Notes under the pieces: generated by a model | The model's input: the letters and a program-made list of their open reading frames with translations, nothing else | What the model was told of the DNA's origin: nothing | The model's database searches: none | In this document: piece after piece, positions 18,995 through 30,309 of the stretch | How positions within the stretch are numbered: position 1 is the stretch's first letter | Layout of the letters: the number at the start of each line of letters is the position of its first letter | Source: an uncultured archaeon | GTDB lineage: Archaea; Asgardarchaeota; Lokiarchaeia; Sigyniarchaeales; SOKP01 | Direction: 5' to 3' | DNA: 64,000 nucleotides | Assembly (NCBI GenBank): GCA_964508365.1 | Contig: CAZDTP010000010.1 | Span: 14,336-78,335 of the forward strand | Made by a program: the position numbers and the translations under genes

Positions 18995-20512
18995 TCATAA
19001 ACTATCAATTTTAGATTTTAGGTTTTTCCATTCGAGATAAATTGTTTTGAATTTATCAGAGATACAAGGATCGTTTTTTACATCTTCAAACGCTAATAAA
19101 TTACTAACAATCGATTTGTAATTGGAATGATACTTTAAACCTATTAGAGTATTCATTGCAGCGCCAATAAATGCTGAATCTCTAATGCACGCAACAGAAA
19201 TTTGAGTATTTAAAATATCAGCTAGTAACTTGCAAAACTCATTAGATTTAGCCATCCCACCTGCAACATGTGTTTTTGTGCTCAGATCAGTCTGATTGCA
19301 TAGTACTTGATGATTTTCAAATATCCCGAATGCTATGTTTTCAAGAACGCTCCGGGCAAAATTTTCAATTTTTGGGACATCCTCAGACACCATAACAGGA
19401 GGGTGAAAAATAAAAGCACCTCTTTTAATAGAAGTAGTATTTTTTATATTCATTTTTTCAGGGCCCAAGTAGGCGTAAGTTGATAAAACTCCTGGTGTTG
19501 TTCTCTTTAAATAATCCTCAATTAAAGAATCTGGCTTCTCAGTAAAGCTTGATAAAAATCCTTCTTTAAACCAATCGTAGGAAGCGCCAGTGTTGCCTGC
19601 AGTGCTTTCAATTAGCCATTTTCCTTTTATCGAATGGCATGAGGTCCAGTAATTACAATTAGGATCAAAAATAGGCTTATTAACAACGAGATGAAGCGGT
19701 GCTGTAGTACCTAAACTAATACCTATGTCACCCTCTTCGATTACACCCATACCTAATAAAGTTGCTTGCGTATCTCCGCCCGTTTTTACAAAAGGGATAC
19801 TATGATATTCAAGAACGAACCTTTTTCTCAAATTTTCTTTTAATTCTCCTACAATAGTCCCTGAATCAACAATTTCTGGAAAAAAATCAGGATCAAAATT
19901 AAAAGTGTCTATTATTTCAGAACTCCATTCTCTTTTCTTTATATCAAGTAATTGAGACTCAGCAGCAGATGATAAATCAGAATAAAAATTTCCCGTAAGT
20001 TTGTAAACTAACCAATCATCTAAAGACAATACTTTTTTAATTTTTGAGTACGTTTCTTCTTCTTCTTCTTTAAACCACAATAATCTTGCTAAACAAAATA
20101 GCAGAGACGGACTATGTCCCGTTATTTCAAATAGATCACTCTCTGAAAATGCATCATCTATAAGATAAGCCGAATCAATACCACGAATATCGATATTGGG
20201 TCCTCCATACACGGCGTTTCCTTTTTCGTCTAGAAAAACGGAGGCGATTCGTTGAGTACATGTCGATAAACCTATAATCTTTTTGTTTTTAAATTTGGAA
20301 AGAACAAAATCCATTCCCGTAATAATCTTTTTCCAAAGGTCATCCATATCAAAGCGTTTAGCAAAACCATCTAAATCTTCATTATATATTTTTAATTCTT
20401 GAGTGTTGTAGGTTTTCAGTTTTAATTGTTCGGATACTAATCCTACCTTTACTGAGTTGGAAGATATATCTATTGCTAAAATTAATTTTTCATCATTTTC
20501 CATAATTCTCAA
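18995..20512 (-). CDS. FGGY-family carbohydrate kinase
   Basis: LAIDISSNSVK, GGDTQATLLG, SLGTT, GGMAKS. Confidence 0.9.
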   Translation of the reverse strand: MRIMENDEKLILAIDISSNSVKVGLVSEQLKLKTYNTQELKIYNEDLDGFAKRFDMDDLWKKIITGMDFVLSKFKNKKIIGLSTCTQRIASVFLDEKGNAVYGGPNIDIRGIDSAYLIDDAFSESDLFEITGHSPSLLFCLARLLWFKEEEEETYSKIKKVLSLDDWLVYKLTGNFYSDLSSAAESQLLDIKKREWSSEIIDTFNFDPDFFPEIVDSGTIVGELKENLRKRFVLEYHSIPFVKTGGDTQATLLGMGVIEEGDIGISLGTTAPLHLVVNKPIFDPNCNYWTSCHSIKGKWLIESTAGNTGASYDWFKEGFLSSFTEKPDSLIEDYLKRTTPGVLSTYAYLGPEKMNIKNTTSIKRGAFIFHPPVMVSEDVPKIENFARSVLENIAFGIFENHQVLCNQTDLSTKTHVAGGMAKSNEFCKLLADILNTQISVACIRDSAFIGAAMNTLIGLKYHSNYKSIVSNLLAFEDVKNDPCISDKFKTIYLEWKNLKSKIDSL

Positions 20513-20530
20513 GAAATTTTTAATTTACAT

Positions 20531-21172
20531 TTAGATGGGTGAAAAATGTTTACGAACAACCTCTCCCCGTGGAGACTTTTCTTCAAATATAATTGCTTGA
20601 AAAGAATATATTTTAGTCTCTTTTATATCTTTCCAAGCGTCAGAAGAGAGCCACGCTTTACTGCATGTATGATTAAGGAAAGTTTCTACATCCCAATTCC
20701 TATCCTGATCTATGGGAACCTGTGGAAGAAGTAAACCTCTTCGCATTCCTCTCTCCACTATTAGTCCATCCCTCCCTATTACTATTTTTTCAAGATACTC
20801 ATTCGAAGTGCTAACTTCTATTATTTTTGGAGGAGTTAAGATTGAAATTTCAATGGTAATATTATACATTTCATCAATAGAAACAGATGAGAAACGAGTA
20901 TCCTCAGTAGCTGAACTGATTGAAACTTTATGAATAACATCGTATAATGCAAATCTTGGTTCAATATATCCTATACAACCTCTTAAAGGATTACCTTTAA
21001 CATTGTGAGTGTTCAAAGTGACAAATGCTCCATAATTTTCCTTATATTTTTCTTTTAGGACTTCAGGAATAACGATACGTTTACCGTTCTTAAGGAAATA
21101 CTCGATATTATCTCTTGCAAATTGTATTAACTCTTTTCCGTCAGCTACAGTGAATATTTCTTTATCTGCCAT
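20531..21172 (-). CDS. AMMECR1 / AmmeMemoRadiSam protein A (TIGR00296-like)
   Basis: GAFVTL...LRGCIGY, IEISILTPP, GRDGLIV, GLLLPQV. Confidence 0.92.
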   Translation of the reverse strand: MADKEIFTVADGKELIQFARDNIEYFLKNGKRIVIPEVLKEKYKENYGAFVTLNTHNVKGNPLRGCIGYIEPRFALYDVIHKVSISSATEDTRFSSVSIDEMYNITIEISILTPPKIIEVSTSNEYLEKIVIGRDGLIVERGMRRGLLLPQVPIDQDRNWDVETFLNHTCSKAWLSSDAWKDIKETKIYSFQAIIFEEKSPRGEVVRKHFSPI

Positions 21173-21233
21173 ATTTTCACATTAAGATTTTGCTTTCTAT
21201 ATAATATAAGAGATGACAAATTATAATAATTAC

Positions 21234-22628
21234 TTAAAATGTTCCTTTAATTACATTTCCCATGGGAGTAGTTCCATCAGTATTTACTTCTATGCCTCTT
21301 AAAAACACTTTCCATATGTAAACACTCGTTTGATAGTTTTGGTAGGGTGAAAACTTTGCTTTTGATTTGAATTTTTTTGATTCAATAGGATAATCAAATC
21401 CACGATCTACTATAACTATATCAGCATCGTATCCCACTTTAATAAAACCTTTATTTTTTAGTTTAAAAATTTTTGCTGGATTCTCTGAAGTAATTTTAAC
21501 GAACAATTCTAAAGAGAATTCATTTTTAAAAACTTGATCTAATACTATTAAAGGATATGACTCAAATCCAGGAAATCCTGAGGGTGCGTCGAGAAACGCT
21601 TTATTTTTTTCTTCAAGGGTATGTGGTGCATGATCAGTGCCCAATAATTCTATATTTCCTCGTTTTAGTTCCTGAATAAGATAAGAAGTGTGTGTTTCGT
21701 TTCTTAAAGGTGGGAGAACTTTAGCATAATTAGGATTTTCAATCTGTATTGTATCAGTTAAAAATAGATGATGTGGTGTGACTTCAAATGTAATTTTTAA
21801 GAATTTATTCGTATTTAGCGCTTTTCTAATCAAGGAGTAGCTATCCCGGCAACTAATGTGACAGAAATGAATAATAGGATAATCTTTAGGGGTTAAATCT
21901 AAATCTGTAACAATTTTGTAATAATTTTCAAGAACAAAATTTACATATTTAGCTTCCATGTAAGTTGGATATAGTTTATTGTGCAATTTCAAATATGGTA
22001 ATTTTTCTTCAAAATCTTTTTGCAATATCTTTTCTTTTTCTTCGGTGTTTAAAGGCCAATCTGGATGAATAAATATCGGAAGTTGGAATTTTGAGGATAT
22101 ATTAAGAAGTTTTTGAACATTTAAGTAATCTGTCCAATCGATACCGTTTAAAGAATTTAAAGGGTAAATTTTAAAGCCTATAACACCTAATTCAATAATA
22201 GAAATTATTTCTTCGAAATTGAAATCTCTTGGAATCCCCGCTATAAATCCTACATCTACATGTATATTATTGCGTGCCTTTTTCATCCATTTTTTAACTT
22301 GGTTTGCACTTATAGCTGGGGGTTTTGTGTTAGGCATAGTAAAAACAGTTGTTATTCCAGAGAAAGCTGCTGCTAAAGTTCCTGTTAAGAATGTTTCTTT
22401 TTCACTTTGTCCCATATCCCTTAAATGGGAATGTATATCAATTATTCCAGGTATGATCGTTCTGTTTTCACAATTAATTTCTATTCCGTCTATATTTTGA
22501 CTCCTTATCGATTGTAGAATCTCCTCGGTTATATCGTATATAACTGATCTTATTACACCTTTAAGAATTAAAATAACGCCATTACGGAGCGAACCTTCAG
22601 CATATATAAGCCCATTTTTTAAGATCAT
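21234..22628 (-). CDS. pyrC: Dihydroorotase (amidohydrolase family)
   Basis: PGIIDIHSHLRD, MPNTKP, CHIS, EVTPHHL, KVLPPLR, TDHAPH, KFSPY. Confidence 0.88.
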   Translation of the reverse strand: MILKNGLIYAEGSLRNGVILILKGVIRSVIYDITEEILQSIRSQNIDGIEINCENRTIIPGIIDIHSHLRDMGQSEKETFLTGTLAAAFSGITTVFTMPNTKPPAISANQVKKWMKKARNNIHVDVGFIAGIPRDFNFEEIISIIELGVIGFKIYPLNSLNGIDWTDYLNVQKLLNISSKFQLPIFIHPDWPLNTEEKEKILQKDFEEKLPYLKLHNKLYPTYMEAKYVNFVLENYYKIVTDLDLTPKDYPIIHFCHISCRDSYSLIRKALNTNKFLKITFEVTPHHLFLTDTIQIENPNYAKVLPPLRNETHTSYLIQELKRGNIELLGTDHAPHTLEEKNKAFLDAPSGFPGFESYPLIVLDQVFKNEFSLELFVKITSENPAKIFKLKNKGFIKVGYDADIVIVDRGFDYPIESKKFKSKAKFSPYQNYQTSVYIWKVFLRGIEVNTDGTTPMGNVIKGTF

Positions 22629-23287
22629 CGATCTATCTCAACTTTATAGTAATTTTTGTGATCATATAAGAAGTTTATATATAAGATTTTATTTTCAATT
22701 CCTCTTATTTTTGAAAGATCAATATTTTTTAAACTATACTCTTCATTAACTTTTTGTAAAAACTTAAGAAAAGGGATAGATTGAGGAGAGAATGAAAAAA
22801 TATAGCATTGTGAGCTATTCTCATCAATGTTCTTTCCATACTTAACATTTTGTTTAAAATTTTCTTTAGAAATATCAGTAATAAATATCCTATTATCATT
22901 AAAGTTACCATTAATGTTTTCCAAAAGAAAATCTGAGCTAGGCAACTTTTTAACATATATCCCTGGAGTTGACCTGATCCATTCTCGACCGTTATAATTT
23001 TCATTGGTTTCTATTTTCATAAAAGCTCTCAATAAAAGTAAAGCTTGGGATCTCTCATCAGAACCTAAATATCTCACAGATTTACCTTCAATCTTTATAA
23101 AAAGGTGATCTGTTTCAATATATATGTATAAAATATTATTTTTTCTTATTGCATAAGAGATACAAAAAGATTCTCTTATAGAAGCGCATAGCATATATAT
23201 ATCGAGGGGAGTTTTTCCTTCGTCAATATCGCTTTTAGTATATTTAGAAATGCGTTCTACAAAGATTAAAAAATCCAAATTTATCAA
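22625..23287 (-). CDS. Divergent TrmY-like (SPOUT/DUF358) protein
   Basis: DIYMLCASIRESFCISYAIR...G..VRYL..DERSQALLL.RA...STPGIYV matches the TrmY N-terminal half; the C-terminal SAM-binding knot motifs are eroded. Confidence 0.55.
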   Translation of the reverse strand: MINLDFLIFVERISKYTKSDIDEGKTPLDIYMLCASIRESFCISYAIRKNNILYIYIETDHLFIKIEGKSVRYLGSDERSQALLLLRAFMKIETNENYNGREWIRSTPGIYVKKLPSSDFLLENINGNFNDNRIFITDISKENFKQNVKYGKNIDENSSQCYIFSFSPQSIPFLKFLQKVNEEYSLKNIDLSKIRGIENKILYINFLYDHKNYYKVEIDR

Positions 23288-23302
23288 GTCTAGATATTAT
23301 AT

Positions 23303-24679
23303 TTAGAATTTATAGTCTTTTCCTAACTTATCCATGAATTGGGCTCCTGCCTTTCCCATTCCTGGCATACCAGGAATTCCTTTTCCTTTTTTCTGCATTT
23401 GAAGCGCTTTTTTCATGAATTTTTTCATTTGATTATATTGATCAAGCATTTTATTTATTGTAGTGTAATCAGTACCACTCCCAATAGCAATTCTTCTTTT
23501 TCTTGTTTTTTTGATAATTTTCGGATCTTCCTTTTCTTCTTGGGTAAGGGAATTTAAAACAACCTCCCACTTTTCTAAATTTTTTTCAGCATCATCAGTT
23601 AACGCCTCAGGAATATTACCCCCTCCCATCATTGCTAAAATTTGTTTCATTTTACCCACTTTTTTAATAGATTTTAATTGATAATAAAGATCTTCGAGAG
23701 TGAATTTTCCTTTCATCATCCTTTTAACTAAATCAGGATCCACATCAATCTCAGCTTCTTGTACCCTTTTGACCAAGCCTTCAATATCAGGAACGCCTAG
23801 TAGAGAGCCTACAAATGTAGTTGGATCAAATTCTTCGAAATCTTCTAATTTTTCACCAACTCCAATGAATCTTATGGATTGATTAGTGGCAGCACAAGCA
23901 GAAAGTGCTCCACCTCCTTTTGCTGTTCCATCTAATTTGGTAACGATTATACTGCCAATATTTGTAGATTTAGCAAATTCTTCTGCTTGTGAATAAGCTT
24001 GTTGCCCTAAAGTTCCATCTATTACTAAGATAACTTCATTAGGTTTTAAACTTGATTCGATCCTTTCCATCTCTCTCATTAATTCTTTTTCTTCTTTATG
24101 TCTGCCAGCAGTATCTACAATTATTATGTCATGCTCGTCATTTATGGCTTTTTTAGTTTCTCTAATTGCAAGTTTTATCGCATTTTTTTCATTCGGATTA
24201 CCATAACATTTAACTCCAATTTGGTCTGTTAACTGTACTAATTGTTCGTAAGCCCCGGGACGCCATGTATCAGTAGTAACTGCGGCTACTTTATATCCTT
24301 TATTCTTATAAAATCGCGCTAACTTGCCAATGGTAGTAGTTTTACCTGAACCTTGGATTCCCACAAGTAGAATAACATTGCTCTTTCCTGGTTTTATTCT
24401 TATAGGGGCAGATTTCCCTCCGATTGTTTCCACTAGCTCATCATGAACGAGCTTAATTATGAAGTCTTTTCTTCTCGCTCGTTTTAAATCCGTGTTCATT
24501 GCTTCCTTTTTGATATTTTCAGTCATCTGGAAGACTAATTCTACTTTTACATCAGCACTTAATAAAGCTCTTTGCAAATCTTGAATTATTTTATTGATTT
24601 GATCTTTGTCAATTTTAGGTAATCCTCGTAAACTTCGCATTATCGATTCTAAATCTTTCCCTAACTTCTTAAACACCAT
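23303..24679 (-). CDS. srp54: Signal recognition particle 54 kDa protein
   Basis: [28 protein letters not shown] domain (FTLED, RIAIGSG). Confidence 0.97.
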   Translation of the reverse strand: MVFKKLGKDLESIMRSLRGLPKIDKDQINKIIQDLQRALLSADVKVELVFQMTENIKKEAMNTDLKRARRKDFIIKLVHDELVETIGGKSAPIRIKPGKSNVILLVGIQGSGKTTTIGKLARFYKNKGYKVAAVTTDTWRPGAYEQLVQLTDQIGVKCYGNPNEKNAIKLAIRETKKAINDEHDIIIVDTAGRHKEEKELMREMERIESSLKPNEVILVIDGTLGQQAYSQAEEFAKSTNIGSIIVTKLDGTAKGGGALSACAATNQSIRFIGVGEKLEDFEEFDPTTFVGSLLGVPDIEGLVKRVQEAEIDVDPDLVKRMMKGKFTLEDLYYQLKSIKKVGKMKQILAMMGGGNIPEALTDDAEKNLEKWEVVLNSLTQEEKEDPKIIKKTRKRRIAIGSGTDYTTINKMLDQYNQMKKFMKKALQMQKKGKGIPGMPGMGKAGAQFMDKLGKDYKF

Positions 24680-24832
24680 AGTATAAATGAAATTGCATTT
24701 ATAATTTAGTAATTAAAATAAACAAAAACTAATATTTTTTTTTAAATGATTATAATATAATATAAAAAAAGATATGTGAAAATAATAAATATTACCTATA
24801 AATAATACAGAAAAAAAAAGAGATTTTAAAAT

Positions 24833-25261
24833 ATGAGTATTCGAAGAACAGAAATTCAGAAGTTAAAAACGGGACAATATATGATGGTTGATGATGAACC
24901 ATGCATAATTAAAGCAACTGAAAGGAGTAAATCAGGAAAGCACGGACATGCAAAAGTAAGAGTGGTATGCATCGGAGTATTTGACAATAATAAGAGATCT
25001 CTTACAATACCCTCTGGTCATATGTGTGACATTCCCGAGATAATCAAGGGTACCGCTCAGATTAGTTTTATTGAAGATACATCAATTAATATAATGGATA
25101 TTGAAAGTTATGAATCTATGGATGTGAATTGGCCTGTTGATGAGGATTTGGTTTCAAAACTAAAAGAATTACAAGTAGATCCCGGAAAGATGTCAGTAGC
25201 ACAGATAGAGTACTGGAAATTAGCGAGTAAAACCTTAATTACTAGAATTATAATAAATTAG
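24833..25261 (+). CDS. eif5a: Translation factor aIF5A
   Basis: Hypusine loop SKSGKHGHAK. Confidence 0.96.
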   Translation: MSIRRTEIQKLKTGQYMMVDDEPCIIKATERSKSGKHGHAKVRVVCIGVFDNNKRSLTIPSGHMCDIPEIIKGTAQISFIEDTSINIMDIESYESMDVNWPVDEDLVSKLKELQVDPGKMSVAQIEYWKLASKTLITRIIIN

Positions 25262-25344
25262 AATTCATAAAGCTTTTTTCAATTAATATATTTTTAAAAT
25301 TTTTTTGGATTAGATAGAAGTTCCCTTAAAGGTGCCTGAGAAAC

Positions 25345-26271
25345 ATGGAAAAAAAACCAATTTCTTTAGCTTGCAGAATGGACTCAGAGAGAGCGATTAA
25401 TTTAACAAAGAAGATTTTCGAATATTTAGTCAAAAAGGGCGAAATTGTTCAAATGGAGACTAGAATTGCACCTAAAATCTTTCCGCATAGTGGAAAAGAT
25501 TTAAAGGAAATGACGAAGGATAACACAAAATTTTTAATCTCGATAGGGGGTGATGGAACTATATTAAGAGTATCAGGCGGATTGCCGCCAAGGGAAGCAC
25601 CTCCCATACTAGGCGTTAACATTGGATCCATAGGATTCCTAGATGAAACAAATGAAAGGAATGTTTTTAATGATATAAATCGCGTTTTAAAAGGAGATTT
25701 TTTAATTGAAGAATGCTCCAAAATAGCTGCTTTTATATTAAAGGATTCTGAAGAAATTCGATTGAGCAATGCTCTAAACGAAATTTTAATAATCTCATCA
25801 AAGAGTTCAAAAATTCTTTTGGCATCTATAAAAATAGACGGGTGTTATCTCAATCGTAGTTATTTAGATGGACTTATTATATCTACTTCTGTTGGTTCTA
25901 CTGCATATAACCTTAGCGCAGGTGGTGCGATTGTTAAATCAACGATGGATATAATGCAAATTACACCGTTAAATAGTTTTGCTCGATCAGGCTTGAAACC
26001 TATTGTACTACCAATAGAAAGTGAAGTTGAAATCCAACTTTTAAGACCAAGATTAACTGCTATGATTATTATAGATGGCCAAAAATCTTTAAAAGATATC
26101 CAACCAAAATCAATAATTAGAGTACGTAAAGCAAATTCTCATACACATTTTATTCGTCTTTCTAAAAGTATTAGTGATAATTATGTCCGAAGATTGAGGA
26201 AAAAAATAATTAGAACTGTAAAGGTGCCTTTAGACGACAGCCCAGAAGAAGAATTTAATTCTAGTTTTTGA
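25345..26271 (+). CDS. nadK: NAD kinase
   Basis: GGDGTIL, NE motif (ALNE), DGLIISTSVGSTAYNLSAGG. Confidence 0.93.
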   Translation: MEKKPISLACRMDSERAINLTKKIFEYLVKKGEIVQMETRIAPKIFPHSGKDLKEMTKDNTKFLISIGGDGTILRVSGGLPPREAPPILGVNIGSIGFLDETNERNVFNDINRVLKGDFLIEECSKIAAFILKDSEEIRLSNALNEILIISSKSSKILLASIKIDGCYLNRSYLDGLIISTSVGSTAYNLSAGGAIVKSTMDIMQITPLNSFARSGLKPIVLPIESEVEIQLLRPRLTAMIIIDGQKSLKDIQPKSIIRVRKANSHTHFIRLSKSISDNYVRRLRKKIIRTVKVPLDDSPEEEFNSSF

Positions 26272-26788
26272 TACAAATATTTTTTTAACTGGCGTAGATT
26301 TTAATTACTTTACTGAAAGAATTTTCACAACACCAGAGATTGTGAAAGAGTTAAAAGTACCAAATTATATCAATCGAAATAGAAATATTTTACGAAGAGT
26401 AGAATTAGCTATTGAGACTGGAAAACTAGTCGTTAAGAAAAGCAAGGATAAATACATAAACATAGTTGAGGAAAAATCCAAATCAACTGGTACTACTAAG
26501 GTTTTATCTAAGAACGACATCAGTTTAATGGGTTTAGTATTAGAATTAATGGACACATACCCGGAAGATATCATGCTATACACTAATGATTATTCCATGG
26601 AAAATTTATGTACTATGTTAAAAATTAGATTCAAACCTTTATATAAAAAAGGAATAGAGGAGAGAATGTACTTCGAAGTGTATTGTCCTTATTGCAAAAC
26701 ACTACACAACCCAGAAGATTTATATAAAAAATGTGAAAGGTGTGGATTGCAACTGAAGAAGCGTTTGTTGAAAAAGGAAAAATTATAG
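26234..26788 (+). CDS. nob1: Nob1-type PIN endonuclease with C-terminal Zn ribbon; predicted ACG start overlapping the nadK 3' end
   Basis: The frame upstream of the annotated GTG 26342 encodes the PIN strand ILVFDTNIFLTG...FTTPEIVKE. Also LSKND, TNDYSMENL, CPYC...CERCG. The frame is closed by TAG at 26231. Confidence 0.8.
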   Translation, partial: TTAQKKNLILVFDTNIFLTGVDFNYFTERIFTTPEIVKELKVPNYINRNRNILRRVELAIETGKLVVKKSKDKYINIVEEKSKSTGTTKVLSKNDISLMGLVLELMDTYPEDIMLYTNDYSMENLCTMLKIRFKPLYKKGIEERMYFEVYCPYCKTLHNPEDLYKKCERCGLQLKKRLLKKEKL

Positions 26789-26846
26789 TATAAGATATAT
26801 AGAATAAAACTTAGATAATTATTTGATAAAAAATTAAAGATAAACC

Positions 26847-27902
26847 ATGGGCATTAAAATAAACGAACTAGTAAAAGAAGTAAGGAGAACTATAACTTTT
26901 GATAATTTATTAAATAAACAAATTGCTATTGACGCCTTTAACACGATATACCAGTTTTTAGCTATTATTAGGCAAAAAGATGGAACTCCATTAAAGGACT
27001 ACAATGGAAATATAACTTCTCATCTATCCGGATTATTCTATAGGACAATTAATTTTTTAGAGCATAGTATAAAGCCTATTTATGTGTTTGATGGAATTCC
27101 TTCTGACCTAAAAATGGAGACTATATTAGAAAGAAGAAAAATCAAAGAGGAAGCTGAGAATAAAATGATCAAAGCACAAGAGGATGGGGATTTTAGAGAA
27201 GCTAAAAAATATGCTCAGATGACTTCTAAATTGGATACTAACATGATAGAGGAGAGTAAGAAATTATTAAAATATCTTGGAATACCCATCGTTGACGCTA
27301 CTTCTGAAGGTGAATCTCAATCTGCTTTTTTAGTCGAAAACGGTGATGCTTGGGCATGTGCTTCTCAAGACTACGATACATTACTCTTTGGTGGAGAGAG
27401 GTTAATACGAAATTTTGCTGTTAGCCGGAGTAAGAAACTTAAAAACACAACCGTTACCCTTGATATCGAGTACATTTCCCTATCAAAATTTCTTGAAACT
27501 TTAAACATAACTCGCGAACAGTTAATAGAAATGGGAATATTAATAGGAACTGATTTCTATCCTGGTATTAAAGGGATAGGACAGTATAAAGCTCTCGAAC
27601 TTATTAGAAAGTTCGGTTCATTAGATAATATCATAAATAATAAAATTAAAGTTGGAAATATAGAAATTCATGTGGAAAGAAGTACTATTGAACAAATAAA
27701 AGAGATCTTTTTATACCCCGATATAAAAAAAGACTATCCAAAGATAATCTGGGAAAAAATTAAATACGAAAAAGTCGAAGAACTTCTGATAGAACAACAT
27801 AATTTTTCAAAGCAAAGGGTCGAAAATGCGATTGAACGCCTAATAAAACAGACTTCTTCCAAAACACAAGTTTCATTAGATAGTTTCTTCAAAAAAAATT
27901 AA
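26847..27902 (+). CDS. fen1: Flap endonuclease 1
   Basis: MGIK, IDAFNTIYQFL, YVFDG, SEGESQ, SQDYD, GTDF.PGIKGIG, PIP box QVSLDSFF. Confidence 0.97.
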   Translation: MGIKINELVKEVRRTITFDNLLNKQIAIDAFNTIYQFLAIIRQKDGTPLKDYNGNITSHLSGLFYRTINFLEHSIKPIYVFDGIPSDLKMETILERRKIKEEAENKMIKAQEDGDFREAKKYAQMTSKLDTNMIEESKKLLKYLGIPIVDATSEGESQSAFLVENGDAWACASQDYDTLLFGGERLIRNFAVSRSKKLKNTTVTLDIEYISLSKFLETLNITREQLIEMGILIGTDFYPGIKGIGQYKALELIRKFGSLDNIINNKIKVGNIEIHVERSTIEQIKEIFLYPDIKKDYPKIIWEKIKYEKVEELLIEQHNFSKQRVENAIERLIKQTSSKTQVSLDSFFKKN

Positions 27903-27988
27903 AATCTACCATAAAAAAAAGCAAAAATTTTTACAAAATCATTCTTTCATATTTTTAGAATACTCAAAATAGTATTAAAGGATCTAAA

Positions 27989-30223
27989 ATGTCAGCAAAA
28001 GAGAACGACAATAACAATTCAAATGGCGATGATAATCTAATAGTATCTTTACGAGTACAGGAAGCAAAAAAAAGGGATATTGGTCGAAATATAGCTAGAA
28101 TTGATCAGGAAACCATGGAAAAGTTAGATATAAAAACAGGTGATGTCATCGCCCTAGTTGGAAAGAAAGAGAGTGCTGGAATAGCTTGGCCCAGTTATCC
28201 TCAAGATAGTGGTTTAGGGATCGTACGCATTGATTCTAGATTGAAAAAGAATATCGGAACGAGTATTGACGATACAATTCAAATCAGAAAAATAAAAACT
28301 CATTCCGCTCAAAGTATCGTTTTAGCGCCAATTAGTGTTAAAATAAAATCAAACCCAAGGTTTGAAACCTTCGTTAAACGAAAATTAAGTAATTACCCCG
28401 TTACTATTGATGATTTCATATTTATATCAATAGGCATCAGCCGGGAAATTACTTTTAAGGTCATAAGTATGAGACCTAGTGGAATTTGTACTATTAAACC
28501 AGAAACATCGCTTCACATAAGTGAACACATTACTGAAGATGAAGAGCGGGGGGCAGATTATGTTACATATGAGGATGTTGGAGGTTTAGATCGTGAAATA
28601 CAAAGAGTGAGAGAAATGGTTGAACTCCCATTAAGGCATCCTTCATTATTTAAGCGTTTGGGTATTGACCCTCCAAAAGGTGTTTTATTAAGAGGTCCTC
28701 CAGGGTGCGGTAAAACTCTATTAGCTAAAGCCGTAGCAAACGAAAGCGAAGCCTTTTTTATTTCAATCAATGGTCCAGAAATAATGAGCAAGTTTTATGG
28801 TGAGTCAGAAAAAAAATTACGTAAAATATTCATTGATGCTGAAGAAAAAAGCCCCTCAATAATTTTTATTGATGAAATTGACGCTATCGCACCTAAAAGA
28901 GAAACTGTTACTGGAGAAGTTGAAAGAAGAGTTGTAGCTCAATTATTAGCATTAATGGATGGGTTGCATAGTAGAGGTAAAGTGATAGTAATTGGTGCAA
29001 CTAATCGACCCAATAGTTTGGATTCCGCATTAAGGCGTCCAGGTAGATTCGATCGCGAAATAGAAATAAAAGTTCCAAATGAGAAAGGGAGAAGAGAAGT
29101 TTTCCAAATTCATACGAGAAGTATGCCTCTCGACAAAAAAATTTCCTTAAAAGAATTTGCTAATGTTACTCATGGATTTGTAGGGGCTGATATTTCTGCT
29201 GTATGTCGAGAAGCAGCAATGTCAGCACTTAGGAGATATCTCCCACAGATTGATTTAGATTCAGAAATAATAGATCAAGAATTGCTTGAACAAATAGAGG
29301 TTACCAAAGCTGATTTTGAGGAAGCTTTAAAAGAAGTTATGCCCTCTGGAATAAGAGAAGTGTTCGTCGAAATACCAAATGTTACTTGGGATCAGATAGG
29401 TGGATTGGAAGATTTAAAGCAAAAGTTGATAGAATCTGTTGATTGGCCTTTATCTCATCCTAAAATATTCGAGCGAATGGGAATAACTCCTCCAAGAGGA
29501 ATTCTGCTTTATGGTCCCCCTGGATGTGGAAAGACACTTTTAGCTCGGGCAGTAGCAACCGAAAGTAAAGCAAATTTTATATCAATTAAAGGACCTGAAT
29601 TGCTCTCAAAATATGTTGGAGAAAGCGAAAAAGCAATTCGTGAAGTATTCCGAATAGCTAAAATGGCAGCACCCTGTATTATTTTTTTTGATGAATTTGA
29701 TTCGATAGCTCCAAGTAGAGGTAGACACACTACCGATTCAGGAGTTTCAGAAAAAGTTCTCTCGCAATTCTTAACTGAATTGGATGGATTAGAAGTAAAA
29801 AAAGATATTATAGTGATTGCTGCTACAAACCGCCCCGACATTTTAGACCCTGCTTTAATAAGACCAGGAAGAATTGATAGGATACTACTCGTTCCCGCTC
29901 CTAATGAAGATGGAAGAGAAAAAATCTTAAAAATTTTTACCAAAAACATGCCTTTAGCAGCTAATATTGATTTAAATGCGTTAAATAAGAAGCTAGAGGG
30001 TTTCACTGGAGCAGATCTAGAAACTTTATGTCGTGAAGCTGGCATGATTGCTTTAAGAGATAATATGAAAGCAAGGAAAATTTCTGAGGAACACTTTAAA
30101 GCGGCAACAGAGTCGATTTACCCGAGTATTACACCAGAAATAAGTAAGTGGTATGAAGATTTTGGAAAAAAATTAAAAACTAGAATTATTGAACAATCAA
30201 AAGAAGATCAGATGGTTGTGTAA
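27989..30223 (+). CDS. cdc48: CDC48/VCP AAA+ ATPase
   Basis: Two AAA modules ([35 protein letters not shown]). Confidence 0.97.
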   Translation: MSAKENDNNNSNGDDNLIVSLRVQEAKKRDIGRNIARIDQETMEKLDIKTGDVIALVGKKESAGIAWPSYPQDSGLGIVRIDSRLKKNIGTSIDDTIQIRKIKTHSAQSIVLAPISVKIKSNPRFETFVKRKLSNYPVTIDDFIFISIGISREITFKVISMRPSGICTIKPETSLHISEHITEDEERGADYVTYEDVGGLDREIQRVREMVELPLRHPSLFKRLGIDPPKGVLLRGPPGCGKTLLAKAVANESEAFFISINGPEIMSKFYGESEKKLRKIFIDAEEKSPSIIFIDEIDAIAPKRETVTGEVERRVVAQLLALMDGLHSRGKVIVIGATNRPNSLDSALRRPGRFDREIEIKVPNEKGRREVFQIHTRSMPLDKKISLKEFANVTHGFVGADISAVCREAAMSALRRYLPQIDLDSEIIDQELLEQIEVTKADFEEALKEVMPSGIREVFVEIPNVTWDQIGGLEDLKQKLIESVDWPLSHPKIFERMGITPPRGILLYGPPGCGKTLLARAVATESKANFISIKGPELLSKYVGESEKAIREVFRIAKMAAPCIIFFDEFDSIAPSRGRHTTDSGVSEKVLSQFLTELDGLEVKKDIIVIAATNRPDILDPALIRPGRIDRILLVPAPNEDGREKILKIFTKNMPLAANIDLNALNKKLEGFTGADLETLCREAGMIALRDNMKARKISEEHFKAATESIYPSITPEISKWYEDFGKKLKTRIIEQSKEDQMVV

Positions 30224-30309
30224 TATTCCAAAAATTAATTTGTAGGATATTATTTTATATTATTGTAACAAATAAATTCCAAATTAAATTTAGTAAAAGG
30301 TGATTTATT

